Below the pieces are notes generated by a model. That model made no database searches, was not told the DNA's origin, and saw only the letters and a program-made list of their open reading frames with translations. Of a stretch of DNA of 64,000 bases, positions 1-12,600 are shown one piece after another (the first letter of the stretch is position 1; every line of letters starts with the position of its first letter). This DNA comes from Phoronis australis (Eukaryota; Animalia; Phoronida): positions 771,150 to 835,149 of the forward strand of contig NMRA01000059.1 in NCBI GenBank assembly GCA_002633005.1, read 5' to 3'. A program made the translations under genes and the position numbers.

Positions 1-668
1 AGACAGTCCAATCAACGATAGAGTTTCCCAATTCGGCAACACCCACCCCGAGTGCTTGAACGGTTTCTGTTATCGGTGAATCTTCTCTCAGGACTGCGGT
101 CGCGGCCATCTTTCGAGGATGGCTGGACACAGGGTAGAATGCGGTAATTCTACCGTCAGGGAGCGTCGTGTCATAAGTGTTAAGGCTGCACTGAGCTGTT
201 GCCGACAACCCCTGTGAGTTCGTTATCTTCACTGTCCAATACAGAGGTATGCCATTTGTTAACACAATTGGAACCATAATAGACGGACCGCCCATGTCGT
301 CCCAATCTTTGACATCATTCCCGCCCTTGAATGAGCCCACGGCATATCGCCGGTGTACCTCACTGACCTCATCACTGGCTTCAACCTCCAACTGAAACGC
401 AGGTTCGTCAGGTGCACGACCAACAACTTGCTCTACAAAGCAGCCCTGTCCTGTCGCCCTTCGTCTTTTCCCCGTTATCGGAGAGCCTGTTGAGGGGGGT
501 GAATTGTCTTTTTCCACCAAAGGCTTGTCGAGAATCGTTTTCACTATAGATGGTGCGGTGTATTGCCAAATCAAGAAAGACATCTTCTTAGTGTAGAATA
601 GCAATTCAATTTCCAAGAATGCTCGTAGTTCCAACCTGATGGGCACTAACACCAACTGAATAAGGATC
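1..668 (-). CDS. Gene A exon 32 (partial): end of beta-rich region, then Ig/FN3-like repeats
   Basis: cag acceptor at 669-671, phase 2. Reads ILIQLVLVPIRLELRAFLE...KDNSPP...YAVGSFKGGNDVKDW...YDTTLPDG and stays open to the window edge. Confidence 0.9.
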
Positions 669-3600
669 CTGCAAGATAAGTAGATATACAAATGTAAGGA
701 GAACTTTTTGCACTTTATTGACAACATGCATGCATGATAAAAGCCGTGTATTTAATGAATGTTACATTTGCTCTGCTGTTCATTACCACGGCAGGGTCTG
801 CATTTCTACGGGCCAGTTTCGGCGAATGTGTCAAGAAAGACTGCAAGTTCTGAGCTCACCACCAGAACGTAAAAACATGTTTGTATATCAGTGGCGGGTC
901 GTGTGTCGTTTTGATTTCATTTTCGTAAGATTCTGAAGTGAGGCTTGAGTTCCAACGTTTGCGCTATATTTGGCGCGTTAAACAAAACCAAATTTAGTGT
1001 GTCGTAGGCCTATTTGAAAATTTTTAGGATTGCGAAAAACAGTGTCCCGCTTTTAGCAGCTCTCAGAAAAAGTCAAACTCTCAGTAATGCCCCATGCTTG
1101 TGTACAGCGCATCAGAGGTTAACATCAAACAGAAATAGAACAGTTTTGCTTTGGTGTATTTGATCACAAAACACTCCATTTGGACACTAGATCAATTATT
1201 TAAATTTTGGGAACTAATTTGCCTTATTAAAGAACTTTACAAAGGGGTCCATCCAATAAAACACTGATGTGCCAACGAAATTGTGCTGCAACATTTCATC
1301 TCCATAAACTTGTCTGAGCAAATTATGCTGCACGACGCTTTTTAATGTAACCTTCTTTATAGACGGTTTAAAAGAACGAGAAATGTTAAACTTACCCAAC
1401 GTCTATTGGGAACTTGCTGAATTTTACTTTCCCAGTGATCGGGAACTGCGTCTCCAACAAGTAGCCAATGACTTCGACACCAGCGCTTGCGATACCTATG
1501 CTGATACTTGCAGATCCCCATGCCTTAACACCGGCAAACGGTGTCGTAGTTACCTAGAACATCGACATTAAGATAAGCATTTTGCTTCTGTGCGTGAAAA
1601 AAATAACACCGCGTTCGCATGCCGCCCTATCAAAAAGCAGTTTGGACTTTTGATCGTCAGTTTAAAAAAAAAAAACATTGTGAACATTCGATAGATAACT
1701 CAGTGACCTGCTTCTTTGTCGTCCGCCCAATACAACCTGGTCGCACATGACTGGTCAGAATATTAGCATTTTACACGTTGAATGTTATGCTAATTACTCG
1801 TTACACGGCAGATTGGGCGCCTCGTTCGGAAAAAGAGTGTGTTTTCGTAACGTCAAATTTTAGGCTTTGAAAATACCCGAGATGTTCCGGATGAGGACGC
1901 TTTTGTGAACGCTCATTTTAGATGTCTCATTTGCCCCATGCAGTGTATATCTGTACATCCTATCTCCCCTGTTAAAGAAAACCACTCCTGTACGCAGACT
2001 TTGTTTCGATCATTTCAAGCAAAGTGCTTTTCTGTTTGCGGCACACTCACATCATTTCATCAACGAACACAGTAATGTACCACCCTGCAATCCTCGAAGA
2101 TATTGCCGTGGCCTCAAATAATCCCTCGGAAGTGTTTCATAACTGCGCGTGGTCATTTTGCAATCACAACGGCAAAGTGATTTAGTAAAAAAACTGCTGA
2201 ATTCATTGATTCATCCCAGCAGGTCTCAAAAGTTGTACTCGACGATAACCCCCAATCCTTAGTCTACCTTTTCGTGTTCACCAGGAATTCACCGGAGTAT
2301 CTCGGCCAATTCAACGGTGTTCTTCGTTTTGAGTCACGTAATTTGTTGTAAGAACTGAAGGTCGCAAACGCGGAGACATGAAACACCTCCGAGGAATGAC
2401 TTGAGGCTACGAAAATTCCTGATGTGTTTCGGATGACTTTAATGCACGACTAGTGACCATTAGGTATGAGTGGTTTTATCATTTTGTTTTGGTTGGGAAT
2501 TGTTAGGATTGTATTGCATTAGTGTCTCGTGGAAGACAAAATATTATTCTGTGAACTGCAGTTAAAGGTCGAAAGTGGAACATAAATGAATCTCATTATA
2601 CATTCAGATTAATGGTGCCTACACCATACATGTACGTTCATCGTATATGTTCTTGTCTCCTAGCAGTAGCGTAATCTAAGAGACAAGCCATCAAATAATT
2701 ACAGCGTAATCTAAGAGACAAGCCATCAAATAATTACAGATTTTCTAAAAAGTTCATAAATAGTCCACACAAAAGTAAAGTCAAAATTGAACAAATGACA
2801 ATATCCGTTAAGTAATATGTCTTCTGCTTTTGAAATCAGCTTTGACCGTGATAATGACGGTTTTATGTCGTACTTTACTCAGCTTAGAAGTGATCTCGGG
2901 CTCTGGGAGAACTGACAGTTCCTCATTGCTTCAAATCCAATAGGTGTCAAGTCGTGACGTAAACGTTTCATTTCAGATTAGAAAGTTCAAGATAATGACG
3001 CGTTCGATTTGTCTGTTCAGGCGGATTATTATGGCCAATTCCACTTTTGATATATAAAAAGCTGAGAGTAACGTCGTTTTGGAAGTGCATATGCTTGAGG
3101 GTTTGAAAGTTGTATTGGGCACGAGAACATGGTTTACAGACGCTTTCAGTTAAAAGATCGCATAATGGGTTTAAAACTTGGTTGGAATCTAAAACATTTG
3201 AGTTTTAACAGATTCCTTTCTGGAATCCACAAGTTTTAACATTGTTCAAATGGGTCGATCTTTATACTTATTCCAGAGTTAATGTAACAAAATGGCGTAT
3301 GTGTTCAAATGAATGCAATGAACAGCTTTTGTTTATTTACGTACTCGGGCTTCCATACTCAGCATACAGAATCCTGCTGTCAGCGATAAGCCAACCGACC
3401 CGCCTGCTCCAAATTCTGAAAGTAATCGGATAATCAAGATGCATGCCGACCTGAGTTTTAAGCGAAAACATAATTCTTGGTGTCACGTCCGGCAAGATAC
3501 TAAACAAACTTTCCCTCTGAAAATAATCTACAAGTGATATTAGAATACTATACGCCTCCTGGACCATCGTTGACCGTCCTTTATACGTGTATTAGACAAG

Positions 3601-6600
3601 ACCGAGCCGTAACAGAGTTATACAAAACTGATGAAAGGGTGGGCATGATGAGAAAAACGTGCAAGAAAGTTACAGATTTATAGCACAGGACATGAAGTCA
3701 TGATAAACAGTATACAGAAACTGCATTAAATATGAGATGTGTAAAGAGATATAGATTCATGTTAAAAAGTGGGTGTAAGTGGACCTTGCAACTGTTCAAG
3801 GAAATATACGTCCGAGAATTTACAGAATCGGATTTTAGTTCGACATGACATGGGCGGCACAGCACTAAAAAACAGTGGGGCTATAGCCCCCACCCCTATG
3901 GTGGGCCGCCCATGCAAGAAAGAACGCAGGGATCACAGGAATTTTTTACGCGACCACAATAACGACAAAATAGCAAACAAGAGATAAGATTTTAGATGCA
4001 TTCACGTCGAAATGAGGCCGAGATGTGTCTTTTGAGAATGATTTAGGATGTATTAGAGGGATGGTTGGTGGTACTCTCAGCGTTGGACAGCATGTCGGAC
4101 GTGAGATTTTCAGATTTTACGGATTCGAAGCGGACCTACTTATGGCCACGAACAACAACAAGCATTTCAAATGTAAAACTTTGATAATGATGAAAAAGCC
4201 CGCTTTTAGAATTCACCACAAGTCAACGTCAGGTTCCTCAACGTTTGACAAATGTAAGTGGAAGCAGACGAGCAACAATCTGGCTCTCATTCTGTTTCGC
4301 GCCATCGTGAGCTACAGGCGTGTTTGGGTAGATATCATATTTTGTCTTTGTTGAAAAAACGGATTTTTAAGAAGATGCTGCATCTAAATTTGATATTGAT
4401 TTGTAATGTAGTTGGTGACTAATAGGTATATCAAAGGGCACTGATAAGCAGCTCTGCGATTTATTTCCCTGTTCCTTTTCAATTGCTCTATTATCTGAAA
4501 ATTTTAAACAACCAGAGACCAGCCTATAAAATCATTGATTTTTCCCTAAGACCAAATATCAGTGACATTGATGAGTCAGATAATTTGGCACAGGTTGCAA
4601 TTCAGACAACTCTACTGATTTGCCTATACAAAAGCAAAATCCAAATACGGCTTTCACGATATTGGAGGATTAATTGCATCCACTGAAATGAGTTATTTTC
4701 ACAAGAACCTACCGAATCTGACTGGCACAGGACCGATGACATACATCATACTGTATCTAAAGAAAGTGGCGTCCAGGGGCTTGAGAGGTATGGCACCGTC
4801 AACGCAGAAGTCGGTTTTGTCGGGAAACGACGTACCCAGGAGTTCAAGGAACAGCTCCGGGTTGGCGACAAGCTTAAAAATATTAAAATTGGAACAGATT
4901 GAAGAATAATGTTTAACAGGTCAGATACGTCCCGGCGATAATAGATGAATGACTAAGTATCGAGTTCCTAACTTCCCATAATTCCCCATAAGTCTGTATT
5001 CTGACCTTCGCACATGCATGCGCACGCATCACCTACAACTAGACTGTAAAAGGCCAGTGGCCAAAACAAAACACAGTGCACTGAGACAAGAAAGGGCATT
5101 AAACTAAGCTGCATTCGTGTCTCATGCGGCTTCCAGATCTGCTGGGTGAATCCTTTTAAAACACCTGCTGAATTCTATGTCAGATAGAGAGGCAGAAGCC
5201 AAAAACGGACATTAAAATGTTAATGCCTCTCTAGTGCGCAGCAATTTTTCAAAATGGACATATGAGGTCACCGTCTTAATAGAAAGAACTGTCTGTTGGA
5301 TTTCATAAAAGTCCATCGCGGTGTCTGGTAATAAAATAATATGAACACATACATGTATTTGTACATACGTATACATATAGAGGCCTACGCAAATATACGA
5401 AGATCCATTTGGAGGTTGGAGAGAAAGCAACGAGAACGCCTGGATGCCCACAGGTGACGGAAATATGCACACAGGTATACATATGTCGGAATGACCGTGG
5501 GCAAACCATTCACTTAAAGTGCCACTCGGTGCTAATTACGTCAAGAATTGGTTGCGAAGACAACAAATCTTTCCGTTGACGAAATCATTGAACTCCATTC
5601 GGCACAAAGAGTTATCCCAGTGACATAAAGGACAATGAATTTCCATATTAAAGAACCAAGGCAAAGGGTTGCACACTAAAACACGAGTGAAAACAATGGT
5701 TTTCAGAGATACCACTGCAGTTGGTTTTTTAAGTAACAAAGCGGTGTACACATATTCGCTTATTGCTGCCATCCATTTAACAACAGAATATGTACGCCTA
5801 TGCGTACATTGTAACTAGTCCGATTACATTTTTGTGTCGACATATTCTTTAAGGTCAGTACACCGAATACGACAACATGCATGCACGTAGAAGTTGTGAT
5901 ATATTGGTGACCTCAATATTGGAAATGTGGACATACTCACGACTTGTAGACTTGTTTGAGCGAAACATAGAAACACAAGGAAGATGGATTGTTGATGATA
6001 TTTAACAATCTATCTCAGTGTTTCTTCATATGACAAATTGGTTGGTGGTGGGTGGGGGATGAGTATTCCGAGAGAAGATGTTTTCTTGACGACCTGGGGT
6101 TCAACTGGAATCTGATAACGAACATGTCGCATTCTAAAGAGAAAAAATACCGGCTAACTCCCACGTTGGTGTACGTACCGCGTCTAAAGTTGCAGTTCGT
6201 AACTCGTTGAGAAATTGAAGGAGATCATCCCTGTTGCCCACTTCAGCTGCCAAACACTCCTCCGAGAACAGTTCAAGTTTCATGTTCTTCACTTGATCTT
6301 CCACTCCGTCACTGGTTGTTTCTAAAAAGAGAGATGAATGTTCACAAGCCGTTAGATATTTGCCCCTTTTGCGGAGAGACGGAAAGTATTGCAGGAAAGC
6401 ACAAGAGACAATTTTCCAATCAACAGGTGGCGAAAAAGAGATATTACTCATAATTCATCATTCTAGCCAAGCTTCAAAGGAACTGCAAAAGACAAAATGT
6501 TAATTAACCGAAAATGAACCCAGCTGGGAAGTTTCAGCAAACACTATGACTTCTCCGACACATTAATTGAACAACGATAGATACGTTGTTGGATGGCGTT

Positions 6601-9600
6601 TTGTTAGTGTCGATGCCCGATACTCTTAAGCGTCATTCTCACGCTTTGAGGCTGTATGTAAACAAAATAGCACATTGAATATCGATGGTAACTTCTACTT
6701 AAGTATTTGGAGATACATAGCATTAAACATCCTCTCTGTTGATAAGTTCTGGATTCTTTGAGAGGACAATTATTGAAAGATATCCTATTTGGCCATAGAA
6801 TTACTAAGAAGAGCAACACAGAACGTTGAAATGCTCCTACGACTGAACCGTAAACTGTGTGCTATCTAGGGGTGTTCATTTGTATCATAAATAATGGCCA
6901 TTTAGATGACACGAAATACATTGAACTCATCCAAAAATGGGGATGTGTCGTTGTCTCTCAAAATTAGTTGCCAAATTTCACGAAAATCCGTCAAAGAACT
7001 CCAAAGACACAAAGGAAAAAGGAAAAATAAACTGCCATTATGAACCTCAGAAGTAACGGAATCAGTCCATCTGTTGTTGAGTTAATATTTCCAAAATTCC
7101 CAAATCATCTTGCAAAGGCTTAGGAGATCCAGCCGTAGATGCGAAAAAATGCCATTAGGGTGCCCCAAAGTAGTTGGACCAATTAGAAAATTAATCAGTA
7201 AAGCTCTTGACAGTAGGAACATGTCTGCCAAATTTCACAATCATCCTTTGTTTGGCAGATACAGTAGCAGACGAAAAAAACAGACCACTAGTTAGTGCAG
7301 AACACGTCGAACCCATCACGAAAAGGAAAGGAGCCGTAGCCTTCATAATAGGAATTTGTTTGCAGCATTTCATGAAAAAGTATCAAGGATTTCTGAAACT
7401 ACAGAGGGAAACGTAAAAAATGCCACTTGAGAATACAAATGCACATGTACTAGTTGGATAGGTCTAACACTGGCCGTCATCTGTATTAATCTCCATACGC
7501 CTAATTCACGCTGACAAATAGCGCGCTTCAAAATGAGGCTCACTACTATGCATGCAGCTCGGTTAAATGGCCAATCTGCATTGTGGTGATCCGCGTTGCT
7601 CGCACGGCTATAGAAAAAATAAGGACATTCAACTGTCCTTTTACAATCCCTGAAAACGTTGAGATTCGAAAGCGTTGAGTCGTTGCCATACGTCACGACG
7701 AAGGATAATATTTTCGGGTAAAACTGATAAATGTTTTCGAAAGTTTGATCACATTTTGTCGTTTCTCGGTTGCCAAGCATCATAGCAATGACCGGTGAAT
7801 CTTCACCCAGCCGGGCCGTGTTTTCATGACTACAGGTTGAAACATGATGCATTTCTTTCCAAAAAGGAGTCAGAGCTTTTAGCCCCTCGACTTTGGGACC
7901 GAACATCGGTCCTATATTGCCCGGCAAAATATTGAAAATTCACGCGCCGAAGAAATTCCTCTCATGTCTCACGAGGCCTAAAAATTCCACTAAAGTGATT
8001 GAAAATTTCTCCTCGAAGTTCAAATCACTTGTAACCCACACAGGTCACAATTTGAAAGACCACAAAATGCTACTATTAGAGACAGAGCTTATAAGAGCTT
8101 GCACAGGGCGAGGGTGCCATTGATGGTTTTCGGGAGGTGGAATTTCCCCCTCACTCGGCGAAAAAGTTCTCTCCCAGAAGGCACAGGCACCTTCCCCTCG
8201 GATGAACGAGGCCCCTGAAGGAACACGATAGCTATGTTTGCTCTGCCGAGTCAACTGAAATTAAGCTCTAAAGGGAGATGGGTTATATTTTCAGGTTACG
8301 CTTTGAGAGAACGATCTCGGTTTTTTATTTTAGAATTCGAATTCGTCCAGATTGATATTTGAAAACAGATGTGACTTGCACAAGGCAGCAAAATGCGATG
8401 AGCCACCACTGTCAAATATATCTGCAAGTCGCCAAAAATACGAGCAGATTATCTCGTTCGTGTAAAAAGCATTTTTATCAACAATTTACAAAAAGAAACG
8501 TAACCCCGCATTCAGCATATACCTAATCTTTCTACCACAATATCAGCCTCGAATGACCAATACAACCGTTTAATTATCCATTTAGTTATCTAACGGCGTT
8601 AAATAACATTTTGACGTGAAACCGAGCTACACCATCCCATGAACTAATTACAACTGCTAAGTATAACACAGTATAGCAAAATCAAGGACACAGATCTGTT
8701 GAAAAAGTCCTGCTCCTTTTATCCATCAATTATCAGGGGAATATTGATGATAGCAAATCAGTAGTATCTGATCTTCCTTACTTTCAATGCAGTGAGATTT
8801 TTCGTCTCATTGACTATGCTTGAATTTTATCTGGGTCTATAATGAATATAGTCCCAGAATTTATGCCGTATGTTCGTGGATGTGTTGTAAAGTCTCTGCA
8901 CACTTAACCTAACGGAAATTCACCGAACTGAGAACACGTAAGTTTAGTGTGTGATTTTCATCAGTTGGAATTAGATAGTGAAGTGTAGCTTGCTGTTATA
9001 TATTACGGCAATGCCATGACAAGTGTTAAAATTCGTGAATGGTGACTCCATTTTCGTCAGAATATAAGCTGTAGTTGCTGTAGTTGATGGCAACAGGTTT
9101 CAGTGCAACACAAGTCACTGTAATGCTAGAAACACAAATTATGTGGCACCACGCCTATTCTTAGAAAAATAATAAAATCATTCTCTATGCAGTTTGAAGC
9201 CTCTAACATATGAAGAAATGGCAATTATTAATCTAATCTTACCATTAACTGTTTGAGGATAATTTGATATGTTTTCGCTTTGTTTTTTGGTGTGGCGCAA
9301 GTCACGTGTTAATAAGAGACAAGTGAAGGCGTAGTCCATGCCTGATATCAGGTTCTGTTTTTATCATTCAATACCTCATAGGAATGGGTTCTAACTGTTA
9401 GCAGGCCAAAACCGGGATTATTATCCGCGTTCATAAGTGCCATATAAAAACTAGGACATCTATAATAATTATAATAGTATACAGGATGTACCTGACAGAC
9501 ACGGAGTGTTTGGCTTGGTGAATACAATATCTTTGAATGTGTCCAGAGATGGCGTGCAGGTTGGGAATGAAGTGGAGCATAGCTCGGCCTCCAGGGACAC

Positions 9601-12600
9601 ATTAACATTATCACCGCTCGTCTGTATCGTAAGGCTCGCAGTAGCAGCCATCTCGCCAAAACCGAAGTTAGGAATTTCAATTTCGTGCTCATCATCTGTG
9701 AAAACAAAATGCAAGGCAAATAAGTACAGGTATAATATCGTTCGACAAAATTATTATTAACCTTCTAGCTGTAGAAATATGTGTTCTATAGCTTGTGCAA
9801 GCAGGTAATGTCACTCTTTCGGATATCGTTTCTTTTCATTGCCATTACTATTCTCTTCCCATTATCATTGTTATTCGTCTTTACATCGTCACTACTTGTT
9901 TCTTTCCATCACTATCATTGTTCGTCTCTCCATTGTCACTACTAGTTTCTTTCCATCACTATCATTGTTCGTCTCTTCCATTGGAATCATCATTCATCTG
10001 CTGACTTTCCGACTTCCACGATAACCACTATTCCTTTTCAAATTCCAATATTATCCCCCATCCCAGCACAAATTTACAAATATCGTTATTACTCTTTCCC
10101 TTACCATACACCATTCTCTAATAACTACCATTCTCTTTCCGTTACCCTTACCAATCTCATACCGCTTTCTCTATCATTCTCTCACCAAAACCATTATCTT
10201 TCTGCTACCATTACAATGCGCTATCTCATTAGCATTGCTGTTTAAACCATTCCAGTACCAATACGTTTCACCTTTTCATTACTACTATTATTACGATTGC
10301 ACCTAATGCCATTACTATTCTTATCAGTGTTATCCAACAGTTACCTGACAGAGCAAATGAATCTTCAGATTCGCCAAACAGTACGTCGAGTGTGTCTTTG
10401 CACTTGTTAAGTCGAACATCGAGTTTGACTACTTTGACAAAATACTGAAGCTGAAACACGACGCCACACTGAACGCCTAGACAGTCGGAATGTGGCGTGC
10501 AGAACAAACCAGACCCCTCTCCAATACCAGGTTCGAGCGACGGACATACTGAAGTAAAGTAAAGATTCCACTGAATAATTCTGCAGTGACGTCAGGTGTG
10601 CATTCTGCTACTGCGCCAAGGTCACGAAATGTCACGTTGGCTCAAAAAAGATTTTGCTGTTGTATTGCGAATATGTTCGTGGTCTTAGTGTTTACAAGTA
10701 AAACAGCACCTCCCACTGAAGTGACTGGGCGGCAAGGTCAGAAATTGAATTATGAGAGAGCCCCCAGCAACCGCGTCGCGAGAGATTAGCCTTAATTACG
10801 GAACTGTTCAATTGTGCGAAGAACATTGTAAGAAACCAAGTAGTATATCGCAGGCACAACACCGAATGATTTTTCAATATTTTAAGCACGCAAGACAAGG
10901 TTCTGAATCATGTGAAACTGAATTTTAAGATGGCGGACCTGTCCAAACAATGTGGGAAAGTGTCATCTTTATCATAGGCAAGGGCGGGTACCATCTAAAA
11001 TGGATCTTCAGAAATGGGGTCGGGATGTTTTTTTGTACAAATGAAAGAAAACATTACTTACCTCCTGAAGGGAATTTTATATATCTCTCAACCATGTCCT
11101 CAAACGTTCCAGTGTCAGTCAAATTGCGTCTTTGAAGAAGATATCTCAGTCTTCGTGGCGTGAAGCTCCTTGGATGCTGTATCGGCTGTTCCCGTATGTA
11201 ATTGGCTAGCTTCGTCACTATGTCAAGAAGTTTGGCTTTTTTGTCAGCGTTTGCGGCTTGGTCTCCAAGTATGTGCAACAGTTGAGAAATTGTATACTCG
11301 TTGACGTTCAAGACATCGTAGATCTTTGGCGAATCTCTGAAATATAGCATGGGCTTCTTTTAAGCACGGAGTACATGTACGTACTGTCGGCATTAAATGA
11401 AAGGTGAGAAAACGTAAAACAAAATTGCGTACAGTTACACTCGCTAAACATTGTGTTAGGCTATTACGCTTGTCTTTAAACGTCATGTAGGACTTTATCG
11501 ACAGATCTCTGTATTTAGCCAAATATTTGCAAAATTATACGTTTTAACTCTGCAAAAAAGGGATATGTTATGAAAGGGAAAGCCTGTCAATCTGCCATTA
11601 ACTGGGTCACGTAAACATGACTTTTTATTAAAATTTAGCAAGAAAGGAAAGTCCATCCATGACAAAGCCACGGTCACAACAGCATGGTGATGTTTAGTTT
11701 CTAAGAAATCTCAAAAACGCTGTTACAGGTTTTTACATCGTCACATCATTTTCGTTTTATTCAACATTGATTTTTTTCATAAAAATCATAATGCCCAGTT
11801 TTATTATGGCCCCTCATAGAAAAGTGGGGCTTTTCAAAAAGAATTCTTACGAGCATTTCAGAGAAGAACATTGCATGAAGCCCTGTATCTCAACGTTTCA
11901 TTTGAATCCGGTCACCCTTCTCTGAGATATGATGTTCAGAAGTTAACCAAATTTAGTAGTTTTTCTAGCGTCCTACGTAACCCTTAACGAGTCTGGTAAA
12001 TAAGTACAGTAACACCAATAGATAAGCATATATCATCATGTTATTTGTAATGTGTCACCGGCAGACGAGCGGGACTGTGAGCACGGCCTGTGGTTGGAAC
12101 GGCCTCGTTATCGGGAGATTTCAATGACAAGCATGAAGATGATCACGAGGAATGCAGTTCTAAAATCAACCACGACCAGCTGATCCCACTTTTATTCACC
12201 GATGATTACATTCATTGGAAAAAGTGTTACTTTAGAAACGAAGGGAAATGCTTTATAGTTGATGAGAGCATTCAAAACACTGACAACAAAAGTAATTGTC
12301 ATAGTTTTATTATACACGTTTAGTAACTATGGGCGACTTTCAACCAATTCCACGCTCATCGCTGTCATTTTAATGCTATAAAATGTTGACGCAGATTATT
12401 TGATAAATCATGGACTGCATTACAGTCACGTACAACCGTCAAATACTCGAATGAGTGGGAATTTTTCACGTGATATACTTCTACGTAATACGAAGAAAGC
12501 AATGGAGTCGGCGGCTTTTGTTGGCTCTAAAGCTTTTCGTTCCATGAACCACATCGGTCGAGATGCATTTGAACGGTGTAAATTGGGGTCTGGGGTCACT

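Noticed and set aside
743-1810. Weak inverted similarity flanking exon 31 (743-885 versus 1672-1809)
   Set aside because: Identity is too low to support pairing or a circular-RNA claim by eye.
7370-7927. 185-aa minus-strand ORF
   Set aside because: No recognisable motif or fitting splice sites. Exons 27 and 28 join in phase without it.
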